Shown one piece after another: positions 9,649 to 18,052 of a stretch of DNA of 60,344 nucleotides; positions within the stretch are counted from its first letter, which is position 1; every line of letters starts with the position of its first letter. The stretch is from the NCBI GenBank assembly GCA_031387905.1, contig JANNDT010000277.1, positions 1-60,344 of the forward strand. Reading direction: 5' to 3'. The notes beneath the pieces were generated by a model, which had not been told where the DNA came from, made no database searches, and saw only the letters and a program-made list of their open reading frames with translations. Origin of the DNA: Deltaproteobacteria bacterium. GTDB lineage: Bacteria > Myxococcota_A > UBA9160 > UBA6930. A program made the translations under genes and the position numbers.

Positions 9649-10895
9649 GGAATCGCTCCTTCTTTGCGCAGCCGCGCGAGCTCCGCGTCGTCCGCGCCGA
9701 GCACGTCGCGCAGCACTTCCTCGGTGTGCGCGCCGAGCCGCGGCGCGGGCCCCACCGGGCCTTCGGCGAGGCGCGACATCTTCACCGGGTTGCCGACCAC
9801 GAGGTACGGGGGCTCGCCATCGCTGCGCGGCACTTCGATCAGCATGTCGCGCGCGGCGACATGCGGGTCGGCGGCGATGTCTTCGGCGAGGTTGCTCGGC
9901 CCGGCCGTAATGCCCAGCTCGGCGAGCGTGCGCGCGGCTTCGAGCTTGGTCTTGTCCGCGGCCCAGGCTTCCAGCACGGGGCGGATCACGCCCTCGGTCT
10001 GTTGCGCCCAGCCGACGCGCGTTGCAAAACGCGGATCGCTCAGCCACGCCTCGCGCCCCAACAACTTGCACAGCTTCTCGAACATGTGCTCGCGCAAGAC
10101 GGCGATCACGAAGTAGCCGTCGCGCGCCTTGAACGCGGCCACGAGCGCAGTCGTGCCAGGGCCAGCCATCGAGGCGGGCGCGCCCATCGACCACAGCTGC
10201 GGGACCATGTCGGCCATCGCGAGCATCGAGTCGTACATGGCGATGTCGACGTGCTGGCCGAGGCCACTGACATCGCGGTGGCGCAGCGCGGCGAGCGTGC
10301 CGATCACGGCGTAGAGCGCGGTGGCGTTGTCGCCTAACGCCCCAGCCACAACCACCGGAGGTGGTTGCCCGGGCTTTCGCGCGGGCTCGTAGATGCCGCC
10401 CATCGCCTCGCCGATCGGTGCGTAGGCGGGCCAGTCCGCGTACGGCGATGGCACGAGATTCCCGAAGCCCGAGAGCGACACATAAATGAGTCGTGGGTGG
10501 AGTGCGGCGAGCGCCGCGTAGCCGAGGCCGAGGCGCTGCATGCTGCCGGCGCGGAAGTTTTCGGCGACGACGTCGAAGTGCGGTGTGAGGCGCTTGAAGA
10601 GATCGCGGCCGGCGGCGGCTTTCAGGTCGATCTCGATGCTGCGTTTCGAGAGGTTGTTCCTGAGATACGTGGCGCCGACTTTGCGGCCGTCTTCGTCGAG
10701 CATGAACGGATTCGAAGCGCGGCCGGTTTCGCCGCGGCCCGGAGGCTCGACCTTCACGACCTCGGCGCCGAGGTGCGCGAGCAACTGCGTCGCATACGGC
10801 AGCGCCTGCATTTGCTCGGCCGCGAGCACTCGCACGCCGGCCAGGGGCTTGCCCGCTGCGCCGCGCTCCGGGTGGCGAACTTCTCCGACGCGCAT
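9645..10895 (-). CDS. CaiB/BaiF family (class III) CoA-transferase
   Basis: PLAGVRVLAAEQMQALPYATQLLAHLGAEVVKVEPP is the family N-terminal signature. The ATG at 10895 has GGAGG upstream. Confidence 0.9.
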   Translation of the reverse strand: MRVGEVRHPERGAAGKPLAGVRVLAAEQMQALPYATQLLAHLGAEVVKVEPPGRGETGRASNPFMLDEDGRKVGATYLRNNLSKRSIEIDLKAAAGRDLFKRLTPHFDVVAENFRAGSMQRLGLGYAALAALHPRLIYVSLSGFGNLVPSPYADWPAYAPIGEAMGGIYEPARKPGQPPPVVVAGALGDNATALYAVIGTLAALRHRDVSGLGQHVDIAMYDSMLAMADMVPQLWSMGAPASMAGPGTTALVAAFKARDGYFVIAVLREHMFEKLCKLLGREAWLSDPRFATRVGWAQQTEGVIRPVLEAWAADKTKLEAARTLAELGITAGPSNLAEDIAADPHVAARDMLIEVPRSDGEPPYLVVGNPVKMSRLAEGPVGPAPRLGAHTEEVLRDVLGADDAELARLRKEGAIP

Positions 10896-10943
10896 CGAGC
10901 CTCCGAGAGCGCGCGACTCTAGCGCGAGCACTCGCTGTTCTCA

Positions 10944-13652
10944 GTGCGCGACGCGGCTATCGTGCGCGCCGTGAAACGCTCGCGCGCACTTCTCAGGGTC
11001 TCTCTCCTCGCAGCACTGTTCGCCCCCGCCGCTGGACACTCCGGCGCACTTCTTGCCGAGCGAATTACGGCCCCGCACTTCGATGCGCTCGCGGTCGGTG
11101 GCCCCGATGCGGACGCCGGCGTCGGCGATTATGCGCTCTCGAACGGCGTGCTGTGCGCGGCCGTGGCGGCGCCCGAGCACGAGACGTTTCTCTCGCCGCG
11201 CGGCGGAACGCTGATCGATCTCGGGCACTGCGGCCGCGCCAACGACCAGTGGTCGAGCTTGCATTCGCTACCGAACTTCGATCGCGAGCGCGTGCTGCCG
11301 ATCTCGGCGGTGCGCACCGAAATCGCAAGCGGTGAAGCGCGCGTGATCTCGGAGGGCGAGAGCGATGGCCTGCGCGTGCGCATCACGCACGCGCTCTCGG
11401 CCGCGCGACCGCGCGCGCTGCGCGTCACCACCGAGATCACGCGGCTGCCAGGCGCAGGGCGCGTGTTCGGCTACGCAGAACTCGCGATGCACGCGAGCGC
11501 GCAGCTGCGCTCGTTCCACCTCATGCGCAGCCAGCGCGAGCGCTCGCACGGCTTCCAGCATCCGGGCGGCGATTCGATCTGGTCGATGCTCGAGATGGTT
11601 TCCAGCGAAGACGTACACGTGCTGGTCGGCGGCGAGGGCCTCCCGCCCATTTCTTATGGGCTCGAGCTGCGCTCCGCGCGCGCGGTCGGCGCTGATGGCA
11701 AGGCGCGCGAGCTGCCCACGTTCTCCGTAACAGGCGAAGACTTCACGCTAACCGCCGTCGTCGCGCGCGAGTTCTGGTTGGGCGGGGATCCGCCGCGTTT
11801 GCCGCAGCTGCTCCAGATTCCGCTGATGTCGCTGGACGAGAGCGAGACGCTGATTCTCGAGCGCTTGATTCACGTGGGCGAGCGCGCGGATGTCGCTTCG
11901 ACCGCGGACCGCCTGCTGCCGGGCGCCGTACCTGTTACGGGCCGCGTCAGCGACCCGCGAGCGCGCATCCACTTCGAGACCGCCAAGGGCGCGCCCGTGA
12001 GCGAGGCGCGCCCGCGGGCCGACGGCCGCTTCGCACTGCGGCTTCCGCCCGGGAGTTATCGAGCGCGCGTAGTGGCGCCAGGCGGGCGCAAGCTCGTCCG
12101 GGAATTCTCGCTCGGCGCGAAGGGCGGCGCGCTCGCAGCGCTCGAACTCGGCGGCGCGGCGACGCTCACGCTGCCGCGCGGCCAAACGATGCGGCTGGTG
12201 TTCGTCGGCCTCGGTGAAACGAAGACGCCGCACTTCGACGACGACGGCCTCGGGCTGCGCATTGGCAAGGGAAAGCTGCGCAAGGGCGGCGCGGACAACG
12301 TGATCTCGCTGGCGTCGGCGGAGACAGACCCGGCTGATGTGGTGCTCGCGCCGGGGCGCTACCGCGTGCTCGCGACGCGCGGGCTCGAGTACGACGTGCG
12401 CGAGACCGAGCTCACGCTCGCCGCGGGCGAGACGCGTGCGCTCGAGATCTCAGCGCCCGCGCGCGCTCTCGCGAGCCCTGGCTGGATCGGCGCGGACTTG
12501 CACGTACACAGCGCCGAGAGCATGGACGCGGCGCTGCCGCTGCCGCAGCAGCTCGCGGCGTTCACCGCGCAAGGCGGCGAGGTGGTCGTAACAACCGAGC
12601 ACGACCGCGTCATGGACGCGCGCCCCACGATCGCGCGGCTCGGGCTTGGGGACCGCATCGCGGGCATCGTCGGCGTCGAGGTCACCGGCACGTTCCACGG
12701 CGGCGACACGCCGTTCACGATCGGGCACCTGAACGCGTTTCCGCTGAACTCCGAGCGCACGGCCAGCCGCGGCGGCGCGCCGCACAGCGAAGGCGTGCGC
12801 ATTCGCGCCATCGTCGCGGAACTTCGCGCGGCGACGGACGAGCCGTTCGTGCAGATCAACCACCCGCGCGAAAGCAAGCCCAACAAAGTGGGCGACGGTT
12901 CTTATTTCTCGCACCTCGGCGTGAACGGCAAACCGTTCGATCCCGCTCGGCCACTCGACGCAAACGGCAACCGCGTGCTGCTCGAACGCGACGCGGCGAC
13001 GGGCCTGCGCGATCTCGACTTCTCAGGCATCGAGGTGCTGAACGGCAAGCGCTTCAGCCGCTACCGGTTGGTGCGGGCGGATTGGCTCTCGCTGCTGCTG
13101 CAAGGCGAGCGGCGCACCGCGACTGCGAACAGCGATTCGCACAGCCGCGGCGAGATCGTGGCGGTGCCGCGCAACTACATCGCGACGGCGGACGACGCGA
13201 TCAGCGCCTTCGACGAAGCCGCGCTGCTCGGGGCGCTGCGCGCGGGCCGCAGCTTCGGCACGACCGGGCCGCTGCCGTTCGTGCAGCTCGGGGGCGCCGG
13301 GCCGGGCGAGATGTTCGCAGGCACGGCCGGCGAGCTGCGCGTCACGGTGCGCGCGGCGCCGTGGGTGCCAGTCAGTGGGCTGCGCGTGTACGTGAACGCA
13401 GAACTCGCGGCGACGAAGCCGATCGCGGCAGGCCAGAGCATCGCGTTGCCGCTGCGCTTCGCGCGCGATTCGTTCGTGTTCATCGAGGTCGAGGGCGAAG
13501 CGAACGACACGTACGCCGCGGTTCTGCCGGGCTATACGCCCTTTGCATTCACGAATGCGATCTACGTCGATGCCGACCGCGATGGAAAGTGGAGCGCGCC
13601 CGGGCTTCCGAAACCCGCGCCGCCGCTGCTCGCGGACCCGCTCGGGAACTAG
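10944..13652 (+). CDS. Large secreted PHP-domain (CehA/McbA-like) metallohydrolase with carboxypeptidase-regulatory-like repeats
   Basis: 902 aa with a signal-like N-terminus (LLRVSLLAALFAPAAG). The PHP-type motif is GADLHVHSAESMD...VVVTTEHD...INHP. The start is uncertain, with an alternative GTG near 10971. Confidence 0.7.
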   Translation: MRDAAIVRAVKRSRALLRVSLLAALFAPAAGHSGALLAERITAPHFDALAVGGPDADAGVGDYALSNGVLCAAVAAPEHETFLSPRGGTLIDLGHCGRANDQWSSLHSLPNFDRERVLPISAVRTEIASGEARVISEGESDGLRVRITHALSAARPRALRVTTEITRLPGAGRVFGYAELAMHASAQLRSFHLMRSQRERSHGFQHPGGDSIWSMLEMVSSEDVHVLVGGEGLPPISYGLELRSARAVGADGKARELPTFSVTGEDFTLTAVVAREFWLGGDPPRLPQLLQIPLMSLDESETLILERLIHVGERADVASTADRLLPGAVPVTGRVSDPRARIHFETAKGAPVSEARPRADGRFALRLPPGSYRARVVAPGGRKLVREFSLGAKGGALAALELGGAATLTLPRGQTMRLVFVGLGETKTPHFDDDGLGLRIGKGKLRKGGADNVISLASAETDPADVVLAPGRYRVLATRGLEYDVRETELTLAAGETRALEISAPARALASPGWIGADLHVHSAESMDAALPLPQQLAAFTAQGGEVVVTTEHDRVMDARPTIARLGLGDRIAGIVGVEVTGTFHGGDTPFTIGHLNAFPLNSERTASRGGAPHSEGVRIRAIVAELRAATDEPFVQINHPRESKPNKVGDGSYFSHLGVNGKPFDPARPLDANGNRVLLERDAATGLRDLDFSGIEVLNGKRFSRYRLVRADWLSLLLQGERRTATANSDSHSRGEIVAVPRNYIATADDAISAFDEAALLGALRAGRSFGTTGPLPFVQLGGAGPGEMFAGTAGELRVTVRAAPWVPVSGLRVYVNAELAATKPIAAGQSIALPLRFARDSFVFIEVEGEANDTYAAVLPGYTPFAFTNAIYVDADRDGKWSAPGLPKPAPPLLADPLGN

Positions 13653-13714
13653 CAAGCGGGTGCGAAGCGACCGCCCTCCGTTACCGTCCGCGCCCCAACC
13701 GATGTGAGGCCCGC

Positions 13715-14311
13715 GTGAGCGACGAAGAAGACGACAAGCCCGAGGTTCCTGCGATCCCGAACGTGATGCAGCCGAAGATCGCCGAGCGATTATTCGAGTC
13801 GCGCACGATCCTGATCCACGGCGAAGTCACGTCGAGACTCGCGCAGGAGATCACGGCGCAGCTGCTCGCGCTCTCCACCGCGAGCGACGACCCGATCACG
13901 ATCTTCCTGCACTCCGAGGGCGGACACGTCGAGGCCGGCGACACGATCCACGACATGATCAAGTTCGTGAAGCCGCGTGTGCGCATCATCGGCACCGGCT
14001 GGGTCGCCAGCGCTGGCACGCACATCTACCTCGCAGCGGCCAAAAGGGATCGCTTCTGTTTGCCGAACACGCGCTTCATGATTCACCAGCCGCTCGGCGG
14101 GGTGGGCGGGCGCGCGACGGACATTCGGATCGAGGCGGAAGAGATCATCAAAGCGCGCGAGCGCCTCAACCGGACGATCGCCGACGCGACGGGCCAGCCG
14201 ATCGAAAAGGTCGAGATCGACACCGACCGCAATCACTGGATGTCGCCCGAAGAGGCGCAGGCCTACGGAATCGTCGGCAAAGTCATCAAGACTTCGAGCG
14301 ACTTGAACTGA
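13715..14311 (+). CDS. clpP: ATP-dependent Clp protease proteolytic subunit
   Basis: Ser-His-Asp context: GWVASAGT, MIHQP, DTDRNHWMSPEEA. The real start is taken as the GTG at 13715, which gives 198 aa. The rest of track ORF 13082..14311 overlaps the previous gene. Confidence 0.9.
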   Translation: MSDEEDDKPEVPAIPNVMQPKIAERLFESRTILIHGEVTSRLAQEITAQLLALSTASDDPITIFLHSEGGHVEAGDTIHDMIKFVKPRVRIIGTGWVASAGTHIYLAAAKRDRFCLPNTRFMIHQPLGGVGGRATDIRIEAEEIIKARERLNRTIADATGQPIEKVEIDTDRNHWMSPEEAQAYGIVGKVIKTSSDLN

Positions 14312-14368
14312 AGCAAGCGGAGCGCGCAGCGAGGCGCAGCCGAGCGAAGTCAACCGAGAAGAACGCGG

Positions 14369-14404
14369 GCGCGCAGCGACCGGCGGAGCGCGCAGCGACC
14401 GGCG
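14369..14404. repeat. Tandem direct repeat, 2 x 17 nt (GCGCGCAGCGACCGGCG), with a partial third copy near 14320
   Basis: Read directly. The copies are at 14369..14385 and 14388..14404, in the convergent intergenic region between clpP and the acyl-CoA dehydrogenase gene. Confidence 0.7.
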
Positions 14405-15508
14405 TCAGCTCGCGAGCCGCTCGCCCAGCAGCGCGAGCTGCTCAGAACCGCTGCCGAGGTGCAGCCCGATCTGGCGCGCCCACAGGTAGTAGCGATGGAT
14501 CGGGTAGTCGATGTCGACGCCGATGCCGCCGTGAAGATGCTGCGCTGCATAGGTGACGCGCGCGCCGCCTTCCGCCGCCCAGTACTTCGCGATGATTAGG
14601 TTCTCCGTCGCGTCCTCGCCGTTTTCGAGCAGGTGGAGCGCGCGCTGCAGGGTCAGTCGCATCGCCTGCACGTCGACGTAGGCGTCGGCGGCGCGCGTGT
14701 GCACCGCCTGGAAACTGCCGATGGGGCGATCGAACTGCTTGCGCTCGGTGACGTAGCGCGCGGTGATCTCGAGCGCGCGCTCGGCGACGCCGACCTGCAT
14801 CGCGCAGAGCGCGAGCGTCGCGCGCTGCGAGATCCACGCGAGGATCTCGTCGCCTTGGCCGACCGCGCCCACCACGTCCGCCGCCGCGACGCGCACGCCG
14901 CTCGCGTGAAAGTGTGGGCGCAGCTGTTCGTCCGTGGTCTCGACGCGTTCGAGCTTCACGCCCGCCGCGCGTGCATCGACCACGAACAGCGTGCTCCCCG
15001 CATCCGTGCGCGCTGGCACGAGAATCGCGTCTGCGACGTGCGCGGCCTGCACCAGCGAGCGCGTGCCATCGAGCACGAAGCCATCGCCTTCGCGCCGCGC
15101 GCTCAGCACGTCGATCGGGCGATCATCGACGATTGCGAGCGCGAGAATTGCCTCGCCCGAGGCGACACGCGGCAGCCACTTCGCACGCAGCGCCTCGCTG
15201 CCGTACGCGCTGATCGGCAGTGCGCCGAGCACGAGCGCCGGATACGCCGGGATAGGCGCGACTGCGCGGCCGATCTCTTCGAGCACGATCGCGAGTTCGG
15301 TGAGGCCCGTGCCGTTGCCGCCGAAGCGCTCCTCGATCGCGACACCCAACAAGTTCGCCTTGGCAAACTCGCGCCAGAGATTCCGGTCGATGCGCTCCGG
15401 CGTCGCCTTCACTTCCTTCAGGCGATCGTGCGTAGCGATCTCCTCGAGCATCTTGCGCGCGAGGTCCCGCAACGCCTGTTGATCTTCGGAATAAGAAAAA
15501 TCCATCAC
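14405..15508 (-). CDS. Acyl-CoA dehydrogenase family protein (367 aa, small partner of an adjacent pair)
   Basis: MDFSYSEDQQALRDLARKMLEE at the N-terminus and HGGIGVDIDYPIHRYYLWA in the C-terminal helical domain. Confidence 0.9.
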   Translation of the reverse strand: MMDFSYSEDQQALRDLARKMLEEIATHDRLKEVKATPERIDRNLWREFAKANLLGVAIEERFGGNGTGLTELAIVLEEIGRAVAPIPAYPALVLGALPISAYGSEALRAKWLPRVASGEAILALAIVDDRPIDVLSARREGDGFVLDGTRSLVQAAHVADAILVPARTDAGSTLFVVDARAAGVKLERVETTDEQLRPHFHASGVRVAAADVVGAVGQGDEILAWISQRATLALCAMQVGVAERALEITARYVTERKQFDRPIGSFQAVHTRAADAYVDVQAMRLTLQRALHLLENGEDATENLIIAKYWAAEGGARVTYAAQHLHGGIGVDIDYPIHRYYLWARQIGLHLGSGSEQLALLGERLAS

Positions 15509-15622
15509 TGCCCCTCAGAGCGGATCAGTCGCGGCGTCCCACGCCGCCAGCTGCATCCGCCATGCAATCAAATACGTTCGCACCGCGCCTTCCCTCGAAG
15601 CCGGTGCTCTGTGCCGTGCTCT

Positions 15623-16798
15623 TCACGTTTTGTAGTGAGGCATGCCGAGGCCGGCCATCGCGATGATGTCGCGCTGCACCTCGTTCGTGCCGCCGCCGAA
15701 CGTGAGGATCAGCACTGAGCGGTAGGTGCGCTCGATCTTGCCGCGCAGGAGCGCGCCCGGAGAACCGTCGCGAATCGTCCCGGCTTCGCCGAGCACTTCG
15801 CCGAGCAGCTGATAGCCCTCGACGTTGAACTCGCTCGCAAACACTTTCACGGCGGACGCCTGCGCAGGGTGCAGGCCGCCGCGTGTGATGTCCCAGGCCT
15901 GCTTCCAGTTGAGCACCTTCAGCACCTCGAGCTTCGCCTTGAACTTCGCGAGCGACTGCTGCACCCACGTGCGTGCGATCACTTTCCCGCCCTTCGGGTG
16001 CTCCGTCTCCTTCGCCCAGCGCACCACTTCATCGAAGTTCTCCGACATCGGGCCGTAGTTGAAGAGCGAAACGCGCTCGTGGTTCAGCTGGTTGGTGATC
16101 AGCGTCCAGCCGTTGTTCTCGCCGCCGATCAGATTCTCGGCGGGAACGCGCACATCGTCGTAATAAGTCGCGTTCGTGCGCACGCCGCCCATCGTCCAGA
16201 TCGGGGTGATCTTCACGCCCGGCGCATCCAGCGGCACGAGAATCATCGAGATGCCCCGATGCTTCGAGGCGGTTTGGCTGGTGCGCACTGCAAGCCACAC
16301 ATAGTCCGAGTGGTCCGCGAGGCTCGTGAACATCTTCTGGCCGTTGATCACGTACTCGTCGCCGTCGCGCACGGCGGTCGTCTTCAGCGCAGCGAGATCG
16401 GTGCCAGCGCCAGGTTCGGAGTAGCCGACGGCGAACAGCAGCTCGCCCGCAAGAATCTTCGGCAGGATGCGCATCTTCTGCTCATCCGTTCCGAACTTCA
16501 TGATGGTTGGGCCGACCGTGCCCAGCGTGAGGAACGGGATCGGAAAACCCGTGCGCTGAATCTCTTCGGCGAAGATGTACTGCTCGAGCGCGCTCATCGC
16601 GCGGCCGCCGTACTCCTTGGGCCAACCGATGCCGAGCCAGCCGTCCGCCCCGAGCTGGCGCATGACGCGGCGGAACTCCGGGCCACCGCCCTCGGAGCCG
16701 CGAATCTCCTCGAGCACCTTGGGCGTGATCAGCTTTTCGAAGTACGCGCGCAATTCGGCTGCGAGCTTCTTCTGTTCGGGCGTGAAATCGATCTGCAT
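15623..16798 (-). CDS. Acyl-CoA dehydrogenase family protein (391 aa, large partner)
   Basis: Motifs: MQIDFTPEQKKL, GYSEPGAGTDLAALKT, GGGTNEVQRDIIA. Confidence 0.9.
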   Translation of the reverse strand: MQIDFTPEQKKLAAELRAYFEKLITPKVLEEIRGSEGGGPEFRRVMRQLGADGWLGIGWPKEYGGRAMSALEQYIFAEEIQRTGFPIPFLTLGTVGPTIMKFGTDEQKMRILPKILAGELLFAVGYSEPGAGTDLAALKTTAVRDGDEYVINGQKMFTSLADHSDYVWLAVRTSQTASKHRGISMILVPLDAPGVKITPIWTMGGVRTNATYYDDVRVPAENLIGGENNGWTLITNQLNHERVSLFNYGPMSENFDEVVRWAKETEHPKGGKVIARTWVQQSLAKFKAKLEVLKVLNWKQAWDITRGGLHPAQASAVKVFASEFNVEGYQLLGEVLGEAGTIRDGSPGALLRGKIERTYRSVLILTFGGGTNEVQRDIIAMAGLGMPHYKT

Positions 16799-16860
16799 GG
16801 CGACCTCGTATTCGGGCGCGACTGTGTACCACGCCGAGGCTGAGTGAACACCGCCGCGCC

Positions 16861-16900
16861 CAAAAGCAAAGCGCCGAGTTCGACTGCTCGAACTCGGCGC
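16861..16900 (-). terminator. Rho-independent terminator after the PEP-CTERM gene
   Basis: Perfect 13-bp stem GCGCCGAGTTCGA / TCGAACTCGGCGC with a 4-nt loop. On the minus strand it is followed by TTTGCTTTTG. Confidence 0.6.
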
Positions 16901-16928
16901 TTCAGAGAGAGCGCGTCGAGGCGCGCGC

Positions 16929-17636
16929 TTAGTTTGCTCGCTGCCGGCGGATGGCTGCGCCGACGAGCAGCGCGCCGATGCCGAACACCGCGGCCGCAGC
17001 CGGCTCCGGGATCGGCGGCGTCACCGGCACGCCCATACCGGCGAAGCCGTTCACGCCGAGTTGGCTCGAGAACAGATCGGCATAGCGGATGCCGAAGTTC
17101 GAGAAGTCGATCGGCGAGGTCCAGTTGCCGAAGAACGCCAGGGTCACGTTCGCGTGGCCGACCTGGCCGATCTGCGTTGCGTTATTGGCTGGACCGTTGC
17201 ACTGATTCAGGCGACCGCTGACGCAGACCTCGACCACGAAGCCGGCTCCGGTCGGAAGCTTCTTGTTCAGCGCTACGAAACCGTAGTCGCCGCTCGAGCC
17301 GCTGCCGGCGCGCTTGACGTTCGGGTTCGTGTCGAAGCCGATGCCCGACACCGTCGCGTGCTGCCAGATCGATGCATTGGTCGTGTTCTTCACCGTGATG
17401 TCCATCTCGAGGAACGTCCGATTCAAACCCGCGTCGTAGTACATTCCAGTGACTTTGAAGCCGACGCGCGCCGAGAGGCCCGGCATCACCGTCGCGACGC
17501 CGTTCACATCGACGATGCCGTTGTAGTCGAGAAACCAGTGGTCGCCTACGGCGGTAACCTGCCGCAGCACCGGGGTGGCAAAGGCCGGCGCCGCAAACAA
17601 CACCAGCGCGAGTACCACCAACTTGAGGGCCTTCAT
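16929..17636 (-). CDS. PEP-CTERM sorting-domain secreted protein
   Basis: Signal peptide MKALKLVVLALVLFAAPAFA. The C-terminus PIPEPAAAAVFGIGALLVGAAIRRQRAN has the PEP motif, a TM helix and a basic tail. Confidence 0.8.
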   Translation of the reverse strand: MKALKLVVLALVLFAAPAFATPVLRQVTAVGDHWFLDYNGIVDVNGVATVMPGLSARVGFKVTGMYYDAGLNRTFLEMDITVKNTTNASIWQHATVSGIGFDTNPNVKRAGSGSSGDYGFVALNKKLPTGAGFVVEVCVSGRLNQCNGPANNATQIGQVGHANVTLAFFGNWTSPIDFSNFGIRYADLFSSQLGVNGFAGMGVPVTPPIPEPAAAAVFGIGALLVGAAIRRQRAN

Positions 17637-18001
17637 CTCGTTCTCCAGAGTGATCAGCTTTTGGGGGAGTCGATGTGCCTGCGTTCGCTCGACGCTGCGT
17701 CGACGAAACTCGAGGGCACCCGAAGCGGAGGCAAACTAACACGAAAGGCCACCGATCTGCTGAGTGAGTGGCCCTGTAAACGCTCGGGTGGTGCTCGCAT
17801 TTTGTGTGGGCTGGCTCACAAGACTCTGGTGGGGATGGGCGCGAGATCCACGTCCCACGGAGGGGAAGCCTGCGATGCGAAGTCTCCGTCGGCGCTCGAG
17901 CGATAGGCAACTCGCCGTCCGAACTGGTTGATTCGCTGCTGCTTTGGGCGCTCAGCGCCCCTCCCTTTGCGACCGGCTATCGCTGCCGACCCAGCGCGGG
18001 C

Positions 18002-18030
18002 TTGACGCTGACCCGCGTTCGCTCTGGATT
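18002..18030 (+). promoter_or_regulatory. Candidate sigma70-type promoter (TTGACG-N17-TGGATT) for the enoyl-CoA hydratase gene
   Basis: Hexamers read by eye 23 nt upstream of the ATG at 18053. The -10 element is weak. Confidence 0.25.
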
Positions 18031-18052
18031 CCCAGGCCCTGAAGGAGTGCGC

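Noticed and set aside
15014-15028. Sigma54-like TGGCAC-N5-TCGC.
   Set aside because: It lies inside the acyl-CoA dehydrogenase coding sequence, has an imperfect -12 element, and has no downstream gene start.
17803-17822. CRP-like palindrome TTGTGTGGGCTGGCTCACAA in the PEP-CTERM upstream region.
   Set aside because: The half-site spacing is 8 rather than 6 nt and only 5-bp arms match. That is too weak to call.
17919-17932. Partial KstR-like cores: CCGAACTGGTTGAT here, TCAAATACGTTCGC at 15568..15581, and ACGAACATGTTATT at 3011..3024 inside the oxidoreductase gene.
   Set aside because: Each misses two of the eight fixed positions, and one is deep inside a coding region. They are not counted as operators.
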